From NCBI RefSeq assembly GCF_001194135.2, contig NC_068992.1, positions 36,239,722-36,274,003 of the forward strand: 34,282 bases of DNA, written 5' to 3'. The DNA is from Octopus bimaculoides (lineage: Eukaryota). Shown here in pieces: positions 1 to 10,430 of the stretch. The notes under the pieces are model-generated. The model was not told the DNA's origin. It saw nothing but the letters and a program-made list of their open reading frames with translations, and did not search any database. How positions within the stretch are numbered: position 1 is the stretch's first letter; every line of letters starts with the position of its first letter. The position numbers and the translations under genes were made by a program.

Positions 1-115
1 GCCAAATTAGATTGGAGCCTGGTGTTGCCATCCGGTTTCACCAGTCCTCAGTCAAATCGTCCAGCCCATGCCAGCATGGAAGGCGGACGTTAAACGATGA
101 TGATGATGATGATGA
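1..115 (+). mobile_element. 3' end of RTE-tail-type repeat (family B) with (GAT)n tail, cut by window start
   Basis: Motif CCATGCCAGCATGGAA...CGTTAAACGATGATGAT recurs at about 14515-14560 and 21120-21175 (+) and as reverse complement at 6345-6500 and 31025-31090. It follows RTE RT C-terminal coding remnants at 14100-14330 and 31690-32560. Confidence 0.75.
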
Positions 116-812
116 AAATCACCTGCGTAAATTACATAGATCCACAAATTACATGGGTTTTTACAATATTTTAAACTTTTTAAGAGAAAGATAGCACAAT
201 TTGAATTTGAACTCAAATTAAAGCATTTATAGAGAAAGCCCTGTCTAAAAATATTAAGCATAAAAATTTTTTTTTATTTGATTTTTATTGTTCTGTTTAT
301 GTATTAAAATATGTACTTTTTAAAAACCTATTAAAATTAAAAAATTCACTCATTAAAAACAACAATTATTAATTAATGAGAATATAACATTATTTTATTA
401 TATAAATTGTTTAAAGATATGTTTATTTGTAACAGGTATGCTGCTATTAATCCTTTGTTATTTTTAGGTGCAAACAAAATTTCTCAGTTTGAACAAAATC
501 TATATTTCAAAAATATTTACAATAGTATAGATTTTTTTTCAATTATAACGATAAATATAATTAATAACAATAATAGAAGTGTTGCCTGGCAAAAAAAGTT
601 GACTGTACTTTTCTGGGTTTAATACTTAAGAATATTCTAAGATTCTGCACCTACATTTTTCATTTTAGTAAGAATATGTTTAGTAATTGAATAGAGATTA
701 TTAGTGAATGAAGTTCTCCTACTAATTGTAACAGTGAGCGAGGCATCACTTAGCTGGAACTAAGTACCAGCATCCGAATTAATTGTGGAAGAAGATCATA
801 AATCTCAAATAT

Positions 813-1180
813 AGGTGCTAGAGTGGCTGTGTGGTAAGAAGCTTGCTTTCCAACGACATGGTTCCAGTTTCAGTCCCTCTGCATGGGACCTTGGCAAGTG
901 TCTTCTACTATGGCCTCAGAATGAATAAAGCCTTGTGAGTGAAAGAAGTCTGTCATATATGTGTGTGTGTGTGTATTTGTGAGTCTGTGTTTGTCCTCCC
1001 ACCATCGGCTGACAACCGATGTTGGTGTGTTTACATCCCCATAACTTAGCTATTTGGCAAAGGAGACCAATAGAATAAGTACTAGGCTTACAAAGAATAA
1101 GTTCTGGGGTTGATTTGTTCAACTAAAGGCAGTGTTCCAACATGGCCACAGTCAAATGACTGAAACAAGTAAAAGAATAG
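813..1180 (+). mobile_element. tRNA-derived SINE (family A), near full length
   Basis: 5' head GTGGCTGTGTGGT...GTTTCAGTCC resembles Pol III A/B boxes; internal (GT)n; 3' end GTCAAATGACTGAAACAAGTAAAAG. At least six other partial copies in the window. Confidence 0.8.
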
Positions 1181-1724
1181 AACCTTTGTGTGTGTGTGTA
1201 CTCATTTTAATTGATATATATCATCATAGAAATCAAATAATACTTGTGGGTTCACATTTTAGAGAGTCTATCAATCTCATCTAGACAGGGGGAATGTCTC
1301 TCATCTGTTTAACATGACTAAATCCTGTGCTAACACTTGACTTTACAAGACTGCTATGGTTTGTGGAGACTGAATTGAAATATTTTATTAAGTGAGCATT
1401 TTATTATGTCCTGCCATAAGAACCAATCTTCCAGCAGTATTATCAACTGACAGTGTCATCAGAGAGCTCATTAAGATGTTTTATGACATTAGTTACGGGG
1501 GGGGGGAATATTCTACTGGCAATATGTGTATGCTTAACATAGCTCTCAGGCAGAAGAAGAACAACACTGTATGATGAAGCTGCACCTTTGAATTATAAGT
1601 GCANNNNNNNNNNTGAATTTTTAAATGAAAATTTTCAAATTTGGTGTATTGATGTAATTTTTCATGCTGAATCTCAGGGCATAATTCACTTGTTCCCGAG
1701 ATTAAAAAAGTTAAAAAAGTTTAA

Positions 1725-1930
1725 AGTTTGATCATTTGACTGCGGCCATGCTTATGAACCTTGAAGGGTTTTTGTCGAATAAATCAACCCCAGGACTTAT
1801 TTTTTTACGCCTAGTGCTTATTCTATCAATCTCTTTTGCCAAGCCACTAAGTTATGAGAACCTAAACACACCAGTGCCAGTTGTGAAGTGGTGATGGTGG
1901 GGGACAAACACACACTCACATACACACGCA
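1725..1930 (-). mobile_element. SINE family A, 3' half
   Basis: Reverse complement of the 975-1165 segment (CATTTGACTGCGGCCATG, CCCCAGGACTTAT, GGGGACAAACACAC). Confidence 0.75.
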
Positions 1931-2169
1931 TATATATATATAGAGAGAGAGATTAGAGACAGGTATTCTCTGTATAGAATACACTTTGTAGAGCTCAAGA
2001 GATTTGAATTTGAGCAGGTAGAGGAGTAAATGTAAGGACAAACAAGTTAGGCAAGTCGATTTTATGAAAATATTAAATACAAAAATGTACATATGTATTC
2101 ATATAAAAAATGTTTGAATTACACAGAACAGAAATAATATCAGGAATTAAAGTTGAATAAGAGTTTTAC

Positions 2170-2265
2170 AAGTCCAACAGCTGTTTCTGGGGGCTTAGTG
2201 CTCCAAAATATTGATTGTAACTTGATTCCATCATCGGATAACACTAGTCTTTGTCTTCAGGGAAG
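2170..2265 (-). ncRNA. Degenerate hammerhead-ribozyme-like motif (PLE type) with long stem II
   Basis: Minus strand reads TTCC-CTGAAGA-(about 65 nt, containing TAGTG/CACTA pairing)-CCCA-GAAAC-AGCT-GT-T-GGAC. Shares the 15-mer CCCAGAAACAGCTGT with 33645-33659. Confidence 0.5.
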
Positions 2266-3039
2266 AATTTTAAATTTGAGGTGTTAACAGAATGGAATTT
2301 AAAGATAGAATGATTTTGTGTATTAGAAAAAAGAGTTGGGGGTGTTTAGATAGAGAGTAGTGGGAGGAGAAAATAGATTTTGGGCTTAGGGTTAATAGTG
2401 AGGCTAGTGACAGTAGTAGAGGTAGGTGGGAGGAAGGGGGAAGGGTGGTTTAGGTTGTATGTGAGTGATAACCTTTATGTTAGTTTGTATGAAGGCTATA
2501 GGGTTAAAGGTTGAGATAGTGAAAAGGGGATGGCTATTTTCTGAGGGAAATGAGTTGACTGGTTCTCCTCCCACGACTCTCTATCTAACCCCACCCCAAA
2601 AGCAAGCTTAACTTTTCTGTGGAAAAGCCCCAAAGCTTGAATACAATAAAAAGTTTTATAGGAAACATTTTATGCAACTGAAAGAACATTGTTTATTATG
2701 GTGCATGAAATTTGATGACTCTTCACAAAAATGACAAATCATTGTTGCAACTAAATTAAGCCACTTCTGAAAATTTCTTAAAACATGTAATACTTATTGA
2801 CAGTTGAATATGACAATTGAACTCATGTGGAAGATACTGTACTAGCAACCATAGGGAGAGCTTTAGATGAAATCAAATGAAGGAGAAGAAATTTACGTTT
2901 GTTTAATGTTTAAGCTTTCTCTTTCCTTCTGTCTTTTTCTCTTTCTTTTTTTAATTCGGTCCCATTTCACTGTAGTGGGCATGTGAATGATGATGATGTT
3001 TGTGTGCATGTGTGTGTGTGTGCGTGCGTCTGTGTGTGT

Positions 3040-3200
3040 GACATAGCATGTCTAGCTTGTCTTGCAAGTTACGTGGTCACCTCACAAGTGCTTCTGTCAT
3101 GAAAGAAGCACTCATTGTACTCTGTAAAGTGCTTGGCATTAGGAAGGGCATCCAACCATAGAAACTATGCCAAATCAGACACTGGAGCCTGGTTCTTCAG
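3040..3200 (+). mobile_element. Family B repeat fragment
   Basis: GGCATTAGGAAGGGCATCCA...GCCAAATCAGA..TGGAGCCTGG matches bases 1-22 and the reverse complement of 6450-6500. Confidence 0.6.
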
Positions 3201-3607
3201 ATCCTGTTAAGCAAGTTAACCTTCATACTCTTAAAAATGGATAAATATCCCATCTGTTGTACATCCATTAATGCTATATTGCCTGAAGAAATGAATCAGT
3301 GAAGATGACCAACCTGATGCCCACGGATACTATGGACTGCACTGTAATCATCCCAGGAATACGGACTGTGATTTTAAGAGACATGTGATTTGTGGAAACA
3401 TACATAGCAATGCATTAAATGTTTATAAATTCCATCCAAAGATTAGTGTTATTATTATTATAATATTTATATAAATATAAAATTACATATCTATACATAT
3501 AAATTTGACATGGGTAATTCTTTCTGGTCTTGGGATTCACGGTCAAACAGCTGGGTGCAAAAAATTACACAGATGTGTAGAATGATCCAGTGGTGATGTT
3601 GGGCTTT

Positions 3608-3823
3608 GTATTTTTTCTTAGCTCCCATGGTTACCAAGATAATCTACTATAATAATACTCTTGTGTTTATGAATGAGAAAAGAAGGGGTGATAGATGTAT
3701 AAGGAAGGAAGGGGTGATGTCATATTTTTTCATAGCTCCCATGGTTACCAAGATAATCTACTATAATAATACTCTTGTATTTATGAATGAGAAAGGAAGG
3801 GGTAATAGATAAATAAGGAAGGA
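3608..3823. repeat. Two-copy tandem duplication, period 114 bp
   Basis: TAGCTCCCATGGTTACCAAGATAATCTACTATAATAATACTCTTGT starts at both 3619 and 3733. Confidence 0.9.
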
Positions 3824-4149
3824 ATGCTGAAAAAATAAATCAAACAGCGTTTCAACTCTGTGAATATGTGTGTGGGGGGTATGTGAATGTGTGTGTGTGT
3901 GCACGCAATGAAAGTGGGGTGGTTCATCTTTGTTTATTTAGTATTTGGGTTTATTTTTTAATTTGGCTGAATCTTAGTTGGCTTTTTTTTTGTTGGTCAG
4001 TTATTTTTAGCATTTTGACAGAAAAGTCATTCTAAAATTGTTTTTTAATGTAAGCGTGCCCAAACAAGTCAAATGCTTACACAGAGCAGGTTTTACAGCC
4101 ACATCATCCAAACCGACTGGGTGAAACTGGGTTTAGCTGCTAGTATATA

Positions 4150-5545
4150 TATATATCTTATATCCTTGCATTTGGATATATGATTTAATGAAAGCAGAAG
4201 TAAAGTAATGTATTCACATGATGTACATTGACTACTACTACACAAGATTCCAAATGCCTTCTACTGTCTCACAAGATACATTACTCTTCATAAGAGTTCG
4301 AGGAGTTCATCTTAACACTCCACAGAGATATTACTGTCTATCACCACATCTCCCCTTTTGAGATTGACTTCCATTGGAAATTTTTTTTTTTTATGACGCA
4401 TCTCCCTTTTAAAGATTTACTTCCCACGAGAGCTTTTTTTTTGTTTTGGGATTACCTCTAACAATTCCATCTCCTTTCTTTTTCTTGTACTGGTATGCCT
4501 TGGTTCAACAATTTCTGGCGGAATCAGCACATCAAAGATATCATAGAGAACCTCCATGGGTACTTCCTTCCTTGTTATCCTTTCTTCAATAAACCTTCTT
4601 TTCAGCAGATCTATGTGTCTTTTATGTTCCCATTTAACCTTTCACCGTATACATCATTTTAGCGACCCATTTTATTATTTTGCCATCTTCCCAAACTTTT
4701 TTTCCATTTTTCTACACTCTGAAAAAACACCTTATCACCAGTTTCTAAATACTTGGTCCTATTTTTAGTGTTTTCCGCAGTTTTTATTTTTCTCCCAAGT
4801 AATAACTTGTCAAAAACTGACCTAATCATTCTCATGAACATCAGTTCAGCAGGCAACATGCCTGAAGACTTTTTTAATATGCTCAGCATCCTGACCATGA
4901 GATTCACTTTCTATGAGTATACCGCCAAAGTAAGCTATAGCAAAATCTGATCCTGCAAGCATAGTGTCCATAACTTGTTGGAAAGTACCTGGTGCTATCT
5001 TTATACCAAAAGGAAATCAATTAAATTTATACAATCCTTTATGGGTATTTATCATTAATAACTTTGAACATTCCTCATCAACTCGAACCTGCAGGAATGC
5101 TTCAGACAGGCTGAATTTAAAAAAAAATTTTCTTCCATTTAACTTTGCAAAAATTTCTTCCAGACTTGGTAACAGGTAATTATACGGCATCAAACATTCA
5201 TTTAACCCTGTTGAAAAATCAGTTCATACATGGGTTTATTATTTTTTTTTTTTTCATGACATGAACTGTTGGGGACACTCATTTAGTGTAATCAATTTTT
5301 TCAATAACCCCAAGCTTTTCAAGTCTATCCAATTCTTCATTGACGTGTTTCAATGCTGCAAAAGGTACAGTTCTTTTCGGTTTAAATTCTGGTATAGCAT
5401 TTTCTTTTACTTGAAACTTCACCTTTATTTTGGTGCAAAGACCTAATTCATCAGAAAAATCTTCAAGAAAAATCTTTTTTGATTCTTTTTAAAATTCCCC
5501 TGATGCCTTATTTGTACTGTTGGAAGAACCGTTCACATTTTTACG
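4150..5545 (-). mobile_element. Decayed Ty3/Gypsy LTR retrotransposon: RT N-terminal half fused to integrase C-terminus, PPT and 3' LTR
   Basis: Minus translation FSDELGLCTKIKVKFQVKENAIPEFKPKRTVPFAALKHVNEELDRLEKLGVIEKIDY...FPFGIKIAPGTFQQVMDTMLAGSDFAIAYFGGILI (decayed YLDD), with stops and frameshifts. It then jumps at about 4865 to SGMLPAELMF..IRSVFDKLL. PPT AAAAGGGGAGA is followed by TG at 4348-4347. The distal LTR edge is uncertain. Confidence 0.88.
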
Positions 5546-6080
5546 TGGTCTGTAGCTGGTCTGTGATTTCAGCCATAAGTACAATATCATTTGCTGATTG
5601 GAGTTGTGTTAGTTGTTTGTCATTGATGTTCATGCCATTTGTTTACTTGATGTGCTCCAGACATAGCTAGACAATGCCATACATGCCAGACTCTTTGATG
5701 GCATCATCCTACCTGTGCTCTAATAAAAAAAGTGAGTTGTAAGCTATTAAGAAGAGGACAGCACATCAATTGACTCTGATGCAAAGGTCCATGGAAAGAT
5801 CCATGCTAGGAATATCATTAAGAGAGTACATTTGAAATGAGAACAAAGTAGTAAATGGCGTAACCACAGAATACCAAAAGCACAAGCTCTGCTGGGCCAG
5901 GCATGTTGCAAGGTTTTCAAAGAACAGATGGAGTTGTGCAGTTTCCGAGTGGTATCTAAGAGACTGGAAAAGGCCACTTGGGAAGATGATTTAGTCATGC
6001 AGTTTGGGCCAAGGCAGAGAAGAATGGTGCAATCAAAACAGAATTGGAAGCACCTTGTGACCAGAGGTGTATAACCACAT
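5545..6080 (+). mobile_element. RTE-clade LINE fragment with inverted 5' segment
   Basis: 5671-6080 (+) reads HARLFDGIILPVL*...RSMERSMLGISL...CWARHVARFSKNRWSCAVSEWYLRDWKRPLG (RTE C-terminus). 5670-5545 (-) reads LEHIK*TNGMNINDKQLTQLQSANDIVLMAEITDQLQT (decayed RT LRFADD region). Confidence 0.8.
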
Positions 6081-6111
6081 CTGATGATCTAATCAATACA
6101 GTAATAACATG

Positions 6112-6163
<52 letters not shown>

Positions 6164-6344
6164 TATGATTTTAAACATGGTAGTATTAATAACTTGTTGT
6201 TAGAATTCAATATGTGTGTTTTAGAATAAAGCATTAGGTGATTACAGAGCATAATATTAATGAATGACAAAGGAAGAGGAGCCATGTAACTGACTTCGTT
6301 AACTTACAGCTGTTTCTACTATAAGAAGCAGCTGTGTGCCAATG

Positions 6345-6500
6345 ATATCATCATCATCATCATCATCATCATCATTGTTTAACGTCCGCTTTCCATGCTA
6401 GCATGGGTTGGACGATTTGACTGAGGACTGGTGAAACCGGATGGCAATACCAGGCTCCAATCTGATTTGGCAGAGTTTCTACAGCTGGGTGCCCTTCCTA
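6345..6500 (-). mobile_element. Family B repeat with (ATC)n tail
   Basis: 6376-6476 is about 95% identical by eye to the reverse complement of 1-97. Confidence 0.8.
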
Positions 6501-6662
6501 AAAATCACGTTAATGATTTTTATCAAATAGTCAGCATGCTATAAAAATTTATAGGCAATTAATACATTAAATTAATAATAATGTACAAATGTATATAATT
6601 ATATTAAGGAAGATCAGGTGAAAAAGACCTTTTATCAGCATGCTTGAAGTGCCAATACCTTC

Positions 6663-6950
6663 AAAAACTACCAAAAACTCCAGCTAAAATATACATGTGG
6701 CTGAAAGTGAGCTAGTGAGAGAAAATTAAAAAGACCTCCTGTTAATTGCGAATTGGTTCCAATTTCTGGATTAAAGCAAATGATGTATTTCCCCTCTCTG
6801 TGTATTGTGTTGATGATGGAAAAAAGCTATTTTTTGCTTTAATCCAGAAATTGGAATCAATTCACAATTAACATAAGGTCTTTTTAATATTCTCTCACTA
6901 GCCCACTTTCAGCCACATGTATATTTTAGCTGGAGTTTTTGGTAGTTTTT
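6663..6950. repeat. Long inverted repeat: 118-bp arms, 52-nt spacer
   Basis: 6663-6780 versus the reverse complement of 6833-6950 shows 6 mismatches and no indels. Confidence 0.95.
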
Positions 6951-6999
6951 AAATATATATATATGTGTGTGTGTATATATATATATGTTTTAACTTGTA

Positions 7000-7089
7000 C
7001 TTTCTTCAGTCATTAGACAGTAGCCATGCTGGTGCACCATTTTTAGGAATTGTAGTTTCCATGAATTGACTCTAGTACTTATTTTCTAA
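7000..7089 (-). mobile_element. SINE family A 3' end, separated from the rest of the copy at 7956-8275
   Basis: CAGTCATTAGACAGTAGCCATGCTGGTGCACC matches the family A 3' end. Homology stops at CTAA 7086-7089 and resumes after TTAA 7956-7959. Confidence 0.6.
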
Positions 7090-7955
7090 CCCTTTCAACC
7101 TGGAAATTTTCCTCAAGATTTGCATGCATTTTCTCTAAAATTTTGGTAAAACTATATAGTGTAGATGCATATTAGACAGTTTATGACGGTGCCAATTATG
7201 TAGACACTATTTTTAATCTGGTACATATTTGTATCATTTGTTTTCTAATCTACCATACACGTACCATTTATTTCAGTGTCATCGAGCTTTCCTTTTGCAG
7301 TATTGATAGTGAGGACTGAAAAAAATAATATAGAATCATGTTAAATACTATAAGTTGCTAGAATAAAATAGTTATGTTATATTTTCGTGATATTTATCTT
7401 AACTATTTATTTATCTTCAAGTAAAAATCTCTGTATTCATTTCAACTGATATACTGAAAGTTTCTCTATAGAACAGTTTTATAACACAATTGGTACTATC
7501 TTAGCTATACAACAAAATACAATGGTACAAGTGTGTACCTATACAAAACTACAACATTACAGGTGTGTACCACTCAAAATTATTTGCTTTTAGAAATATG
7601 TAATGCAACATTGTTGCAAGAATATTGCTATCGAATGCTTATAAACTATGCACAATGTTTATGATTAAATAAATACGTTTACAGTGGAAAAAATGTTATA
7701 AATAACTTACCAAAGCATGAGAATCAATAATAAACACTTAAAAGCAATGAGTAATGGTGGGGGGGTAGGTTGTACACATGCAAGCCTTTTGAGCTGACAT
7801 TATAGTGTCGTACACTCTGATCATACATCTGGCACTACATACTTACCAGAAAAACTGGAGCGGTACTATACTACATCACATACAATGGGAATTTTAAAGA
7901 TTTGGGTTGGAAAGTTTTTGACTGATACAAATATATACCAGCTGAGCCAAAAGAG
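7090..7955. mobile_element. Putative non-autonomous TTAA-site (piggyBac-like) DNA element
   Basis: Ends CCCTTT...AAAGAG, flanked by CTAA and TTAA, interrupting a SINE. No coding capacity seen; TIR match is short and imperfect. Confidence 0.4.
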
Positions 7956-8073
7956 TTAAAAGCTTGGCACTTATTCTATTGGTCACTTTTGCCAAACCAC
8001 TAAGTTACAGAGACATAAGCACACCAGCACCAATTGTCAAGCAGTAGTGAGGGATAAGAATGCACTCAAATGC

Positions 8074-8115
<42 letters not shown>

Positions 8116-8275
8116 ACACATGATGGGCATTTCTCAGTTTCCCTGTCTGCCAAATCCTCTCACAGGGCTTAGATTGGCTCAAGGCTATAGTAGAAGACAC
8201 TTGTCCAAGGGGCTATGCAGTGAGACTGAAACTAGAACCATGTGGTTGGGAAGCAAACTTCTTACCACACAGCCA
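7956..8275 (-). mobile_element. SINE family A, 5' two-thirds
   Basis: TAGTAGAAGACACTTG...GAACCATGTGGTTGGGAAGCAAACTTCTTACCACACAGCCA is the reverse complement of the 820-915 head. Confidence 0.8.
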
Positions 8276-8989
8276 TGATGTAGTTTTCTCAAATATCATT
8301 ATGTGATGCACCTGGACACTTTGTCATTGATGTTTCCTGGGGTCAGTGGGTGATTTGGATCTTTCAACAGTCAGGCACCCTCACCTGTGCATCCTCTGTG
8401 TGTGTGTACATCTGCACCTAGACACATCGACAGTGATCTGTCTTAGGGTCATTAGGTGTTTTATGTCTTTTATTATCAGACACCCTCACCCAAGCAACCC
8501 AGCCTGGATTGATCAATCCCCAGCCCATGCCCAGTTAATACTACTTCTGATATCACTATTCCTGGCAGCACTACCTTTTCCAGGGTTCACACCCTGTTAT
8601 TTTGTTCTATACCAGCTGTACTCAGGTTTCTGCAATCAGAGAGGATGGAGATCTTAGTTTTCTTGATTTTGTTTCTTATTGTTCCATTTTTTGCATCAAC
8701 TTTCTTCATGATTCTTTTTTCACATTTTTTCTTCTTTTCTCGTTGTCCTGCATCTCTGTTTTTAGAATATATACAACAGAGAAGCAGAGTCTGAAAGACC
8801 ATTTGAAGATACATGGCATATTTTATAAATATCACTAGTTAAAGTATCATAAAAGCATGAAACTATTTGTAGCTCTTTCAGCTGTGTATTAAACTGATAT
8901 TTATCTCACACTGGAGGAAGTACTTTTTTCGTTGATTCTACCTATATTGAATCTATAAACTATATATATAACAGTGGGCTTCTTTCAGT

Positions 8990-9095
8990 TTCCATCAACT
9001 AAATCTACTCAAAAGGCATTGCCCTTGGTGCTGCTTAGTGGGACTGAACAAAAGATCACATGGTTGGGAAGCAAGCTTCTCAACCACACAGCCAC
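8990..9095 (-). mobile_element. SINE family A head fragment
   Basis: CACATGGTTGGGAAGCAAGCTTCTCAACCACACAGCCAC. Confidence 0.65.
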
Positions 9096-9282
9096 ACTTG
9101 TTCAGCTATATAGTTAGGACCATGATATCTTTACATTCTTTCAGACCCAAGAAATGAAGTATGAATCCAGTACTGGGCTCAGTTCTTTTCTCTTTCTGCT
9201 TCTTGTCCTTGGTTTGTATCAAACATTCAAAATAGTCTAAATGCTGATTAAGCCTGATAATTTACTATCATTAGGGTGTGTA

Positions 9283-9285
<3 letters not shown>

Positions 9286-9369
<84 letters not shown>
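9286..9369. repeat. (GT)n microsatellite
   Basis: About 40 near-perfect GT units. Confidence 0.95.
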
Positions 9370-9372
<3 letters not shown>

Positions 9373-9469
9373 CCGTTTAAGAGTCCATGAGTCAGGAAAA
9401 AATGCATTCGTATTTATTTATTTATACGTGACTGTATCGGTGCAACCTCACTCTCCTGCAAATAACTAG

Positions 9470-10430
9470 ACTCCTTCTTCTCTTTTGTCCAATCCTTCCA
9501 TCCTGCCCTCAAATTCTCCTGCACTATTTCCAACACTTCTATCGCATTTCTTGACATTTTGGTCAACATACTATAGTCTGTTCTCACTACCTCCATCCAC
9601 TACAAACACACTGACTCACACTCATACCTTAACTTCTCCTCCTACCCTACCCAAAACAAGCTCTCCATCCCCTACTCCCAATTCCTCCATCTGCAAGGGC
9701 TCTGTAGTGACAACCATGACTTTTAGACTAAGTCTCAACTCATGACTCGCCACTTCATCCTTCGTGGATATCCCCTCACCACTATCCACACAGCCCTTGC
9801 CAGAGTACGTTCTGTAGACTTTGCTTCTGCTCTCTCTCCCCGCACCCACCCTGCTGTTGCTTGTCTCTCGTTTCCCCTCACCTACCACCACTCCACTCTT
9901 CCCCTCCAATGCACCATTCTCTGAGCCTTCCAGCGACTCCTCACAGATCTTGCCCAACCTATCCCTTCCCTCCTCCAAATGAGCCCATAACCTGCATGAC
10001 CTCTTGATCCACAGTTTCTTTCCTAACCTGGCTCGTTCCCCTACTCCCACCCATGCTACTGCACTTGCTCCTACTTCTCCAACATTACCATCCTCACAGG
10101 CACCCACCCATCTTCATCCCTCTCATATCACCAACTCCTTTATCTGCACTTCTAGCAACATCATTTACTGCATCTCCCTCTTTTTTGGCCCTTCTCTGTA
10201 CATCGGTCAAATGGGATGCCGCTTGCCTGACTGGTTCACGGAGCACCTCCAAGACATCAGACTCGGCAATGACACCCTCGTCTTGCACCATTTTTGCTCT
10301 ACCAATCATTCACTACAACACCTCTGTGCTCAAATTTTCTTTGCACAGTGGCCATCCAGACTCCTGACTTCGTCATGAACAGGAATTAATCTTTTCTCTT
10401 CGCTCCTTTTTGTCACATGGGCCCAACCCC
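9470..10430 (+). mobile_element. Penelope-like element (PLE) 3' half: RT thumb and GIY-YIG endonuclease, decayed
   Basis: YKHTDSHSYLNFSSYPTQNKLSIPYSQFLHLQGLCSDNHDF*...FILRGYP matches the PLE KPTD..YL..S.HP...K.SIPYSQF.R motif. SSNIIYCISLFFGPSLYIGQ..RL...F.EHL.DI is GIY-YIG-like and ends EQELIFSLRSFLSHGPN. Confidence 0.88.

Noticed and set aside
6081-6110. CTGATGA at the RTE 3' end as a hammerhead
   Set aside because: No stem II and no downstream GAAA.
6420-6445. CTGAGGA-CTGGT-GAAAC-CGG hammerhead-like string in family B
   Set aside because: Only 5 unpairable nt between the boxes and no GUH site.
8587-8835. Lys-rich 82-aa minus ORF and strong acceptor-like tract at 8765
   Set aside because: Reflects a T-rich tract; no recognisable motif and no donor before stops in the + frames.
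9622-10107. 161-aa minus ORF
   Set aside because: Antisense shadow of the C-rich PLE relic.
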